Source: Piromyces finnis finn
Lineage: Eukaryota; Fungi; Neocallimastigomycota
Assembly (NCBI GenBank): GCA_002104945.1
Contig: MCFH01000012.1
Location: 62,001 to 126,000, forward strand
Direction of reading: 5' to 3'
DNA: 64,000 bases
The stretch's first letter is position 1. The number at the start of each line of letters is the position of its first letter. This document shows, piece after piece, positions 27,564 through 40,349 of this stretch. Below the pieces are notes generated by a model. That model was not told the origin of the DNA. It ran no database searches and saw only the letters and a list, made by a program, of their open reading frames with translations. Made by a program: the position numbers and the translations under genes.

Positions 27564-29349
27564 TCACTCAAATAATCTATAGCCAATAATGGATTCAACA
27601 TAATGATTTTTGTTATCTGATGCTATTTTATCTATACGGATATTATATTTAATTAAATCCATACGAAAATCTTCTAAGCTATAATTAGTAAATCGACTTG
27701 ATATAAAGTTTGTATACCAATTTTTATAGAATAAATAAGGATCACTAATTGGGATAGAATATTTATCTTTTTTATCAATAATCTTTGTTTCCAAAAATCT
27801 TGCAACATGATCCCATCGTATAATAAAATCGTTTGTTGCTTTAATAACATCATCAGGAATTTTAAGATTTGTATAATCCTTCTGATAATTTTGTATTAAA
27901 ATAGGAATTAAGGCTTCAGAGTATTCTTGAATACGTGCTCCTTGCCAATGGGTATTTGCTTGTTTAATCGAAGAATTATTTAAATTATTTTTTGATAATG
28001 AAATTTGTATATTTTCTTTATTCCCAAATCGTTGGGTGAAAGGGATTACAATTATACGATCAATCAATGCATGCTCCAGGTTGGAAATTATCAATTTATT
28101 GTTTGCATTAATAATAGGTATTAAATCCACATAGACATTTTGTAAAATTTTTAAAGAGGGACCGTGCTTTAATAAATCCTACATTACCCGTTATAGCCTT
28201 TGCATCACCTGTTATACCTATACAAAAGTTATCTGGTTCTTCACATATTGCTATTCGACAATTATTAAGGTCTATCATATGGGGGGGACTAGGCTTATCA
28301 ACATTTACAGATTTTCCTAAAAATAAGGATACATTAGGATTTGAAGCGTAATCCCCGAGAGCATGACGTATCATATTAGTAAAAGTCGTTTTACCATTTC
28401 GACCAGAACTTATGAAAAACAAAATTGAACGTAATTTACTACCAACAGTAAGAGTTGATGATATTACCTTTAATATATACTCTACTAATTCATCCTTTAC
28501 AAAAATGTCTTTAAGAAATTGACGACCTTTTAGTATTTTTTCTTCATTATTATAATTGTAATTTGTTGATTTTAAACAAAAAATCATTGGGACGTCTTGG
28601 ACGAGGTTTATTTATATTAAAATCAAATACACAATCTTCAAACCTTAATATATTTGATTTATCTACACGATCAATAAAATTGTCACAGTAAAAAAAAGTT
28701 TCTAGTTGTTCCAAATTTTTATGGGTAATGGTATGACAATTTAAAAACTTGTTAATATCATTAGAAATTCCATTTAGCGAAATGTTATTTTCTGTATATA
28801 AATTTTTAAGTTTAGTAACAAAATATAAATTTATTTCTTTAGCAAGATTGTGTGGACTTATTATTTCCCATCCATTTCTGTGGTATGAAGATTTATACCA
28901 TTCTTCGTCACTCTACACAAAATATCCTAAATTTAGAATTGAAAATATGTTTAATACAATATTATATGTTAAAACTATTTTACTGTAATACTTTTTAATT
29001 GGCATTAAACGCGCAATATCAACAATTCTTAAACCAAACTCATCAATACAACTATATATAACATCAATAATATCTTTTTTATATTGTCTTTTATTAATAT
29101 TGTCATCTTCAATTTTTACATTTTGAATTTGTTTTTCAACATTTCTTAATTCATGAAAATCTACTACATCTTGACCATTTTCTTCATATTCCTCGTTAAT
29201 TTTTATATCAAAACTTTCAAAATATTTTTTAATAAGGGGATAACTTTTTGAATTTAAGTCATACCTTAATAAGATAATTAAAAAAGTAAATAATGAGATG
29301 ATATTTTAAAACTGAATCTGAATCTAGATCCTTCTTTTTTTTCAGCCAT
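27564..29349 (-). pseudogene. Disrupted D5-like superfamily-3 helicase (D5_N, SF3 ATPase, winged helix) of large-DNA-virus or Polinton-like type; intronless
   Basis: Joining three frames gives SDEEWYK...GWEII, RFEDCVFDF...RRPND/CLKSTNYNY (D5_N), Walker A SGRNGKTTF, Walker B IAICEEPD, AKAITG..IKARSLFKN, motif C INANNK, arginine finger ALIDRIIVIPF, and a wHTH-like YLFYKNWY. In-frame TAG near 28905, frameshifts near 28580 and 28135, and a degraded 5' end. Confidence 0.85.
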
Positions 29350-30132
29350 TTAATATATATATACATATGTTTCTACAGAATTATTATATATTTTAAATAA
29401 TACACTTTTTAAATTTTTTAAAATAGGTGCTATAAATTATATAATAAAATGTTTTTCTTTTCAGTTTTTTTAATAAAAAAAAAAAAAAAAGAGAGAGAAG
29501 AAAATGGTAAAAAAAAAAAAATATTTATATTTAAAAATTTTTTAAAAAAAAAAAAAATAAAGACAAAAAAAAGAAACAAAAATATATAATAAATAATGTC
29601 AGAATAATAATAATAAAAGGAATATTGGAATATTGTGCAAGAATTAGAATTATATTCTATTTTCTTTTTAATTATTTATATAATTATTTATACCTGTTCA
29701 TATTTCTACAAGTTGGATATTAGTTGGATAATCATGCTTACTATTTGCTCAGCTTTATGGACAATTGGATGTGAATTTGAAATATATTTCTTTTAAATAA
29801 ATAAATAAAAAAAAAAAAAATAGCAAAAACAAATAAAATAAAAATAAAATAGTTGTATTTAAACACATTAAAACTGTCTTTTTTGTGTAAAATAAGGTTT
29901 AATATTAATTATATGTATATATATAGTTATTTAGATATTTCGTTTTTATTAGTTTTATTTGTTTCTTGATTTCTAGTTTTATTTTAAAATGATTTTTAAA
30001 TTTTTATTTTTTTTTTTTTATTTTTATTTTTTTTTTTTTATTTTTTTTGAAAATTTTATATACTTTTAATTCTTCTATATTGGTATAAATAAATAATAAA
30101 TTTTAAATTGGTTGAATAGTAACGATAAAATT

Positions 30133-33041
30133 TTACTTATTAAAGTGTAAATTGATATATTGAGGGTAAAGAGTAAGAAACATTGATGTTATAACATCAT
30201 TTTTTGCCTATATTAAAATAAAAATTTATATATCATAAATATTAAATTATTGTTTTTTAATTCATTGTTTTTTGGGAAATAATTTATATTTATTTAATTA
30301 AATATTTTTTAATAATAATTATTATTATTATGGGGAAGGAGGAGGGAAATAATAATTATAATACACTTACTTCATCAAATACACCAACCGTTGGATTATT
30401 GAATAAATTTTTAAATATATTTGATGCTATATCTGATGATACATTAACAGTGACAGGTCCATAGGGATCAATAAATCTACAAATAAATAATATTATAAAT
30501 ACATTATCAATATATCGTTTGATACATTATTTAAACATGAAAAAAAAAAAAAAATTTTTATATTTAATACTTCAGCCAAACAAAGAGGATGAAATATTAA
30601 AATGTACATAATAAGGATTAAAATATATATATATATTAAACTATCAAATACTTACGCATTATAAAATGAAATATAATATGGAACCAATCTAGAATCGAGA
30701 GGTATATTTGGATCTATATCATATATTTTATAATCATCTGGTGTGAAATAATTTTTACTATTTCCTTTAGTGGGGCTCTCAATCCGAAGAGAGTTGAAAG
30801 TATCCTTTTTATTACTTTTAACAGGTTTCCTTTTACCAGGATGATCACCAATATATGTATAATATGAATTATTACCAAAATATCTTTTTGTTGGTTTTGT
30901 TTTTTCTATTCCAAAAACTTTTTTATCAATATATTTATGACGATGTTCAGAATTTGAATATAATCCTGTTAAACTTTTATTCATTGTTTTAATACTTTCT
31001 ATTTTAATACTTGGTTTTTTTTCTTCGAATTCACCTGTATTAGTTAAACATTGATAGGTTAATTCTTTTATTTTTATAAATGATTCCCAGAATAATATAT
31101 TTTCTACGCAAAAATCGTTAACAGCAATAACTTTTAAGTCATCAATGACAGGCTTTTGATATAGCACTATTAATAAAATATATTTCAAGACAGAACAAAA
31201 TATACATATATATAATACAATACAATGTATAATAAAAGTTAATTAATTAATTAATAATAATAATAATAATATATTTAATATATTACATTTAGAAAACTCA
31301 GCTGAACTTAATATTTGTGACTGTTTTTTAAACTTTTTTCCTTCCGTATAACTAAGAATTAAAGGAATACAGGCTGAAGTGAAATGCCCATAGATTGTCT
31401 AAATTTTGTATTACATATAAATATAAACGATTTAAAATTTTATTTATTTATTTATTTATTTATTTATTATTATTATTATATTATTATTATTTGTTTTCTT
31501 TCTTTCTTTTTTTTTATTTTTGAGCTGTTTAAAAATAAATACCTGAAATATATATAAATAGGAACCACTATGTGTATACTTTGTTAAAAACTGACTATTT
31601 GTGATATTCATTATAACATTAATCATCATTACTAAGAATAATTAAATCATAATATATTAATTAATTGAATAAAGGAATTTATTAAAAAAAAAAAAAAAAA
31701 CTATTTCCTTATTATTGAATTCCTTACCAAATAAACCGACTATAAATGAACAAATAACTTCGAATTTTATTCCAAAAGTTTCATTATCCTTTATATTTCT
31801 TAAAGAATAAGTGTAATAAATGAACATAAGGACAGATATTATTAAAAATAGATTAATCGGTGCAAATTCAAAAAATTTAACTATAACGGGTTTAGAAATA
31901 TAGAGTGATTTAAAATATTCGCTAAGTGCTGTCACAATTACAATTATTATCTTTATTTAATTATAAGAATATATTATATAGGATTTAATTATTTTAACAT
32001 AATTAACTTTATTTTAAAATGAATATATATATTATTATATTATTAATACAAACCACTGGTATAATTAATAACCATTTTCCAGTTTTCTAAAAAAGAAAAA
32101 AAAAAATTTTTTTGAAATTATAAAAATTATATTAATTATAAAAAAGTTACATTTACTATTTATTTTATTAATAATTATTTATAATTAACTTTTTTTTTTT
32201 TTTTTTTTTTACCTTTTTGATTATATTATCAACAGTTTTCATGTATGAATTCACTTCTACTTTTGGCTTTTTAATCATGTTTTCGTTAAAACCATGAATT
32301 TTCAATATACATTCTGCTTTAAAAACATTTAGATTATATAATAATATTAAGCGAATTGCTCTTCCACAAACACTAGAATAATAATAAAATAATTTAAAAT
32401 GAATTATTATATTATATTTTATTACTAAAATTGTGAAATTATATTTTTTTTTTTTTCAATTTAAAAGAATATATTATTTTAGGTATTACCTCATAAGAAC
32501 AAATACAATCAATATATTATTTATCCATATATACACTGTTTTTTTTTTTTTTTTAAAATAATTTGAAGATTATTAATAAATTCATCTATACTTTTTTTTT
32601 TTTTTATTTAAAATACTATAATTGAGATAGTAGTTACCATTATGAAATTCCATTGTATAAATAACTTCATTGAACTGTTTTAATTATTATTATAATTATA
32701 ATTATTTAAAAACATTTTATAGAATTTATCTAAATTAATATTTTTATTTATGATATAAAATGACTTTATTTTTTTGGGGGAGGAACATATATATAAAACA
32801 AATTAATTACCAGTATATTCATAACAATAAAATATGAAGCAAGAGAAGAAGGTATTGTTAATAATATTCCTCTATGTTTTATAATATAATTATCTCTTTT
32901 TCGTATTAACAAAAAATTAACTACATTGAAATATATTGTTGAAAAAATCATTAAAAATATACAAATAGCTCTTTCCCAACTTGACATTCCATAGTTATTG
33001 GAATAGTCTCTATCGTCACCTTCATTTATCGTTATGCTCAT
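30133..33041 (-). CDS. Multi-pass membrane protein with a C-terminal RGS domain
   Basis: Hydrophobic N-terminal exons (ERAICIFLMIFSTIYF...IKHRGILLT, FGIKFEVI). RGS motifs NDFCVENILFWESF, FYNA/FIDPYGPVTVNVS and VFDE/AKNDVITSMFLTLYPQY, stop ending at 30133. Middle exons are not fully resolved. Confidence 0.82.
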
Positions 33042-35200
33042 TTTCCTTTAAATTGATTTACTTTATATTATCAATTATTGATATATTGTATTTTTATTTT
33101 TATTATATAATAATTAATATTATTGATAATATTTTTTTCTAAAATTTATCATTGATTATATGCTAGGTGTTTTATCTAAAACCGATGTAAAAATTATAAC
33201 TTTTATATTTTTCACTTTATTAAAAAAAATAATAATAATAAAAAAAAGTTTATTATTATTATTATTTATTGTTGTTGTTGTTGTTGAATAAAAAAAAAAG
33301 GTTTTATTATTCGTTTTTATATATATATATATTTTTTTTGATAATCAATTAATAGATTTTTATTTTTATTTTTTTTTGGTGGTGGTGGTGGTGGATATAT
33401 TCTATTATTGTTGAATAAAAATAAAAATATAAAAAATTAAAAAAAAAAATATATATATATTTTTGTGGAGGAATTATTATTAATGATTTATTTTTATTAA
33501 ATTATGAATTTTACAATTCAATAACATTAATTATTATTAAGTATTGTTGAATTTGATTTTGAATTATTACAATTAAATAAATAAATTTTATTTATTTTTC
33601 TTTCTTTTCTATTAAGAGTTTCTAATTTTAAATTTTAACAATTAATGAAATAGTCCTCCATAAACTAATGCAATTGTTTTTTATATTTACATAATTATAT
33701 AAATAATAATGAATTATATAATCATTAATAAAATATTTATATTTTTAGAGAATAAATTAATTTTCATTTTTTAAAATTATAATCTTTTCTTTTTTTTTAT
33801 TTTTTACTTACAATTTAGTTTAAACCTAGGTAACACATATAATAAAAAGCACTTCATGCCTGCCTTTTTTTTTTTTTAGTATTTAGTGTAAATACACCAA
33901 CCATTTTCATAATAAATAATAAAAAGTTTTTGTGTATTTTATTATATTAATTTAACTTTTTACATTTAATTTATTTCACTCTTTTTTTAAAAAAAATAAA
34001 GTTTATTATATAATATAATTAATATGTCATATATATTAATTTTTAAAAATTTTAGATAAATAAGGTTTTCGAATCTGAATATTTCATTTATTAATATATG
34101 AATATATGTTACACAAATAAATCATAGAATTTTTAACATTATGAATATATATTATGTTACACAACCAACTTTATTTAATTATTAAAAAAAGTTTAATTTA
34201 TAAAAAATAAAAAAATTTCCCAAATAATACAAAATCTAATATAAAATTTGTGGATATTTTTAATATTACAACTTGTTATTAATTATATGATTAATTTTTC
34301 TATGGTATACACCTGTTTGATACAATAAATTTATTCATAAACATTATTATTTTATGTTAATTGATAATTAATAAAGTCATTATAGGTCGTCCAAAATAAA
34401 AGTTTTAAAGGATACTTTTATTATTAAATATTACTTTCTTGTTAATGGTTTCATAGAATATAAAATATTTACAAAGTAGTAATCTTTTTATATTTATTTA
34501 GTTTTGGTATAAAGTCTCAAGGTGTTAAATATTATTTAAGTAAAAAATATATAATTTTTTTTGACCATAAACTTAACCATTTTTTTTTTTTGAATATAAA
34601 CTTTATTTTTCTATTTTTATATTTGTTTACAACTTTTCATTAATTATTTCAATGTGTATTCGATGCGTTTATATTAAAATCTTTAAAATTTCCCAATTGG
34701 AGTTTCTTTAAAGTTTTTTTTTTTTTTATTGGAAAATTATAATTATAAATTGATGATGGTTACAGGAATATATTTATTGTCCTTAATCATTTAAACTATA
34801 CATTATTTTTGTATTTCATTTATTTAAATATTAATACTCATCTTTTGTTTATACAACATTTCATTTACTTTTAATATTTCGTTTACTTTTTTTTTTCCTT
34901 TAATTTTCCATAATGTAAAAGATTATTTTTATTATATTTTAATTCATCATTAATAGTCCCTTTTTTCCTTTAATGAAAAAAAAGAAAATATTTATATTAA
35001 AGGAAAAAGAAAAGGAATATTAAGAAATTAATGATAATAAATAAATAAATAATGAAAATCATAAATAAATAAATAAATATAAATAATAATACTAAAAAAC
35101 AAATAATAATTGATAAATAAATATTAAATAAATATTGAATAAACATAATAAATAATAATTACATTTAATTAAATGTAAAAATCAATATTTTACTATAGCC

Positions 35201-35234
35201 GTTATGGGAAAATTTTAATGAATTCTCCCATAAC
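35201..35234. promoter_or_regulatory. Dyad GTTATGGGA-N16-TCCCATAAC about 280 bp upstream of the GH39 start; candidate regulatory site
   Basis: 14-bp inverted repeat with one mismatch, GC-richer than its surroundings. The regulatory role is inference only. Confidence 0.35.
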
Positions 35235-35512
35235 ACTGAAATTATATATAGTATTAAAGTTTTAAAGAATGAAAATTAAATATAGCCTTTATTAAAAGTT
35301 TTTCTTTTCTTATATAAAAACATAAATATCTTCTATTTTTTTTTATAATTCAAATAAACTATACACAATAAAATATTTTATATAAAAGTTAAATATTTAT
35401 ATAAATTAGAATATATTAAAGATTTATTAATAATTATAAAATTATTATAATAAAAAAAAATTGACAAATATTATTATATAAATATACTATTATATATATT
35501 TATAAAAAGAAA

Positions 35513-37678
35513 ATGAAAAGAAATTTAATTATTCTTTTTACCAAAATTATTACTTTGGTATTTTTAATAACGTCAGGTTATGTAAAAGCGACAAGTGTAT
35601 TAACTGTAGATTGTAACAGTAAAATTCGTGGAGCTACTCATTGTGCTCTTGGTGCCCATTATGGTGTGGTTGAAAATGTACCAGGAGATTATAAAACTTT
35701 AGTTGATCCTCTTCATCCTCACGTTATGCGTAGTCCAGCAAGAAGTGGAAGTGGTCGTCAACAACCCTATGGGGATGCTATTAAAGTTGCTAGACGTTTA
35801 TCGGAAACTCAAGGTGCTTTATTATCAGTTAATTTAGCTGATATTTTACCAGGTTGGCCTTATAAATTCCCAGGTCTTCAAACTTGGTTAAATGAAGTTA
35901 AGTCCTTTGTTAATGATAAGAAAGCTTCTGGTTTAAAAAATTGGTATGGTCTAGAAATTTGGAATGAACCAGATGGTACATGGAAAGATTCTACTAACGG
36001 TTTAAGTTTTAATGACCTTTGGAAAGAAACTTACAAGCTTCTTCGTCAACTCGATCCAAATGAAAAAATTATTGGTCCATGTAATAGTTTTTACCATGAA
36101 GATAGAATACGTTCTTTCTTACAATTTGCAAAACAAAATAATTGTTTACCCGATATAATGTGTTGGCATGAATTAAGTGGTATTGATTACGTATCTAGCC
36201 ATTTCAGAGCTTATCGTAATATGGAAAAATCTCTTGGAATTAAGGAACTTCCTATTACTATCAATGAATATTGTGATGCTGAACACGAATTAGAAGGTCA
36301 ACCAGGTTCAAGTGCTCGTTTTATTGGTAAATTTGAACGTTACAAGATTGATAGTGGTTTAATCACTTGGTGGTTTACTGCTCATCCTGGTCGTTTAGGT
36401 AGTTTATTAGCTACTGATACTCAAAAAGGTGCTGGTTGGTTCTTTTATAAATGGTACGGTGATATGACAGGTAATATGGTAAGTGTTGTTCCTCCAAACG
36501 ATGACAGTAAGCTTATTGATGGTGCTGCCTGTGTAGATGATAATAGCAAATACATTAGTTTTATTTTTGGTGGTCCTAATGATGGAAGTGTAAAAGCTAC
36601 TTTTAAAAATATACCATCCTGGGTTGGTTCTATTGCTAATGTAAAAGTTGAAAAAGTTGATTGGAAAAATAAGGATACTGTGAGTCAAGGTCCAAATACT
36701 ATTTTTGAAAAAAATTACAATGTTTCTAACGGTCAATTAACCATTGATCTTTCTGGTTGTAATAATAGTTCTGGTTATCGTATTTATATAACTAGTAGTA
36801 GTAGTAACACCAATGCCAATACCAATAATAACAATAATTCAAATAATAACTCCAACATCAACACCAATAATAATAACACCAATAATAATAACAACAATAA
36901 TCAATTATCATCTCAACCTCTCTATCCAAATGGTACTTATAAAATTATTAACCGTCGTAGTGGAAAAGCTTTAGGAGTTATTAACGATTCAACTGAAGAT
37001 AGTGCCAATGTTCATCAATGGACTGATAATGGACATAAAAGTCAACAATGGGTTATTTCAAATGAATTCAATGGAATAAAAATTGTCAACGTTAATGCAA
37101 ATAAATGTTTAGATGTTAGCGGAAGATCAAAGGATAATGGAGGTAATATTGTTATTTACCATGATAATGGATATATGAATCAACGTTGGACTTTCCAAGA
37201 TGCAGGTAATGGTTATATTACTATTAGAAGTTCACATAGTGGAAAACTTATTGATGTTGATAATAGAGCAACAACGGATGGTGCAAATGTACTTCAATGG
37301 GAACCAAATGGTCTAGACAATCAACAATGGAAACTTGTTAACATTAATGAAATAAACCAGCAACAAAATTCTAATACTTCTTCATCAAATGCCACCACAA
37401 CACCAACTTGTTCTGCTAATATTTTGAAACAAGGATACAAGTGTTGTTCCTCCACCAACTGTACAATAGTTTTCACTGATAATGATGGCACTTGGGGTGT
37501 TGAAAATAATCAATGGTGTGGATGTGCTAGCAAGGCCACCACTAACTGCCCAATTTCAATTACCTCCCAAGGATATTCATGTTGTGCTGGTAATAATTGT
37601 TCTGTTGTTCTCACGGATGAATCTGGAAGATGGGGAGTTGAAAATAATCAATGGTGTGGTATTTCTAATGACTGTTAA
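35513..37678 (+). CDS. Secreted cellulosomal GH39-family (clan GH-A) glycoside hydrolase with a CBM13/ricin domain and two CBM10-type fungal dockerins; intronless, 721 aa
   Basis: Signal peptide; acid/base motif EIWNEPD; nucleophile motif ITINEY; Asn-rich linker; QxW ricin repeats (QQWVIS, QRWTFQ, QQWKLV); two GYxCC...WGVENNQWCG dockerins. Confidence 0.88.
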   Translation: MKRNLIILFTKIITLVFLITSGYVKATSVLTVDCNSKIRGATHCALGAHYGVVENVPGDYKTLVDPLHPHVMRSPARSGSGRQQPYGDAIKVARRLSETQGALLSVNLADILPGWPYKFPGLQTWLNEVKSFVNDKKASGLKNWYGLEIWNEPDGTWKDSTNGLSFNDLWKETYKLLRQLDPNEKIIGPCNSFYHEDRIRSFLQFAKQNNCLPDIMCWHELSGIDYVSSHFRAYRNMEKSLGIKELPITINEYCDAEHELEGQPGSSARFIGKFERYKIDSGLITWWFTAHPGRLGSLLATDTQKGAGWFFYKWYGDMTGNMVSVVPPNDDSKLIDGAACVDDNSKYISFIFGGPNDGSVKATFKNIPSWVGSIANVKVEKVDWKNKDTVSQGPNTIFEKNYNVSNGQLTIDLSGCNNSSGYRIYITSSSSNTNANTNNNNNSNNNSNINTNNNNTNNNNNNNQLSSQPLYPNGTYKIINRRSGKALGVINDSTEDSANVHQWTDNGHKSQQWVISNEFNGIKIVNVNANKCLDVSGRSKDNGGNIVIYHDNGYMNQRWTFQDAGNGYITIRSSHSGKLIDVDNRATTDGANVLQWEPNGLDNQQWKLVNINEINQQQNSNTSSSNATTTPTCSANILKQGYKCCSSTNCTIVFTDNDGTWGVENNQWCGCASKATTNCPISITSQGYSCCAGNNCSVVLTDESGRWGVENNQWCGISNDC

Positions 37679-38510
37679 TTTTATATATATAAAAAAAAAA
37701 AAGTATAATCTTTTGTAATTTAAAAGAATATTTATAAATGTATATAAATTCTTAATTAAATATAATGTATTATTATTTAAAGCGTATTCTAAAAGATTAA
37801 TTTTAAAAATATTAAGAACAATTTTTCTTTTGTTATTTAAAAACTTTTATAATTGTTTTTTAAAAATGTAAATATTAAAAAAAAAAAAAAACTATAAATA
37901 AAACTTTAATATTATCAAATATATATAATATATATTATGAAGTAAGGTAAAAAGTAATGTTATTAATCTCTAATAATGAATAAAAATTATTTATTTTTTT
38001 GTATTCATTATATCCATACTTTAAAGTCTTATAAATGAAAAAAATTTAGATTTTTCTATTCCTTTTAAATATTTTAAAATTAAAATTTTTTATAATAAAA
38101 TAATTTATATATATATAAATATCTATGTTTTTTTTATTTTTCGATATTTATTAATAAAATTTTATTAGGAAAAAAAAAAAAAAAAGTAATTATTTATTGT
38201 ATTAAAAAAGAAAGTCTTTTTCTATTTGAATATCAAAAAAAAAAAAAAAAAAGTAATTATTTAATATTGAAATATTATTCTTTATTATATGTAGTAGTAA
38301 ATACACATACACAAAACATTATATATTTTTTGAAAAAAATGGCAAAAATATAATTGTATATACATTTAATTTTAAAAAGAAAGATATAAAATAAAATAAT
38401 AAAAATAATAATACTAACTAAATTATAAATTATTATATTGTTTTTATATATATGTATCTTTTTATTATAAAAAATAGTTTATTTTCAAAATAATAATAAA
38501 AAAAAAAAAA

Positions 38511-39343
38511 ATGTTTGAAAAAAATTTACCATATGTCGAAGAAATTGATGAACCACTTTTAACCGAAGTAAAATGTTAACATTTATAATGTTTATTCATT
38601 TTTATATATATATTTATAACTAATTTTTTTCACTCTCATTATTCATTATAATTATTTATATGCATCAATAAAAATACATCATTTTTTTTAATCAAATAAA
38701 GGAATTCAAGGTATATTTAATTTAAAAAAAAAATAGTTAATTAAAAAAAATCTTTTTTTTAGCCATTTCTATTTATTTATGTAAAATATATTAATATTTG
38801 AATAGTTGGTTGAAGAAGAATATAAAAAGAGTCCAAATCCAACATCTCAAGTTAAATTCAATTATGCTTGGGCTAACATAAAAAGTAGCAAGAAGGCCGA
38901 CCAACAAAAAGGAATTGATTTATTATATGGTAATTTAAAATATATATATGTATATATACATTAATGAAATGAATAAAATAAAATTGAACGATATTTCGTA
39001 TAATTACGTAAAAGGAAATACATATATTATTACCGTCCAATATTTATAATTATTAATTACATATATAAAAATTTTTATTAAAGAAATTTACAAGGAAAAC
39101 CCAGCTAGATCAAGAGAATGTCAATATTATCTTGCTATTGGTGAATACCGTTTAGGAAATTATAAAGAAGCTAAACAATATATTGACACCTTGTTACAAT
39201 TCGAACCAAAAAATCAACAATTCATTAATCTTAAGAATAAAATTGATTCAAAGGTTCAAGACGAAGGTATTCTTGGTATGGCTATTGTTGGTGGTATTGC
39301 AGCTGTTGCTGGAACTCTATTGATGAAATTTTTAAGAAATTAA
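38511..39343 (+). CDS. FIS1: Organelle fission protein FIS1, 149 aa, 4 exons (38511-38567, 38702-38710, 38806-38929, 39084-39343); not in the ORF track
   Basis: KFNYAWANIKS, RECQYYLAIGEYRLGNY, LLQFEPKNQQ, and a C-terminal anchor EGILGMAIVGGIAAVAGTLLMKFLRN*. Confidence 0.94.
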
Positions 39344-40349
39344 AAACAACAACCACAACTTTTTTTTTGATACATTTTTCAAAATATACTCGAATCTTTT
39401 TTTTAAAGCTTAATAATATTCAAAATAATAAAGAATGAGAATTAATGTAGACAGAATAATTAAAAAAAAAAAAAAATATCGTTACTAGCTCTACTAACGA
39501 TATAAAATACTATATAACAAAAATAAAAACCAAAAATAAACAAAAATTAAAAATAGAAAAATAAATAATAGAAATAATAACAAAAATAATAATAATAATT
39601 ATAGTGAATTATAATGAAATAATGAAATTAAAAAATGATAAAAATCAAAAGTATAAAACTTAAATAATAAAAATACTTATAATACAAACAATTGATTTTT
39701 TTTTTTGTATTAAAAATGGCTTCATTCTTTGTTTTCGTTATGATAATTAAATATTGTTTCTTTTTGTAACATTCTTTATGGATTATTTAGTAAAGCTTAT
39801 TGATATAAGAAGAATATAATCAACTCTTTGAATTATATCTTCGTGTTCAAGTATTTTTTTAAACATTTGAGATTTTTTATATTTAATAAATAAATAAATA
39901 AGTAATTGAATGAATATATAAATAAATTAATAAATATAAAGATTAATTAAATGAATGAATAAATAGATAAATGAATAAATAAATTATGGAATTTAAAATA
40001 AAAAAAAAAAATTTAGAATTGTTTTATCAAAAGCAATTTTATTAAAGATTTTAAAATTTTACTTTCTTTAAAAAAAAATAACTACTCTTAAATTTTATGT
40101 AAAAAGAAAAAAAAAATATATATATATATATATATACATAGACACATATATATAATATAAAAAAGTAACCTAATAAATTATTTGTAAAATAATTATATAA
40201 ATTAATAAATAGATTAATGATAAATTAAAATAAATGTATAATACCATTTCATTAATAAAACAACACATTATATAATAAAAATAAAAATAAAAAAAAAAAA
40301 AAAAATGTATATTACTTTATAGTATTTAAAAAAAATTAATAAATCAAAT

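Noticed and set aside
28749-28988. 79-aa plus-strand ORF
   Set aside because: Antisense to the D5 pseudogene frame.
29694-29789. GC-richer island with AG/GT borders on the minus strand, between the RGS gene and the D5 relic
   Set aside because: Short open frames exist on both strands but none is recognisable, and splicing to the acceptor at 29373 meets a stop before the D5 ATG. It may be part of the insertion, but I cannot support a call.
36407-37718. ORFs overlapping the GH39 gene
   Set aside because: Antisense or off-frame shadows of a real CDS.
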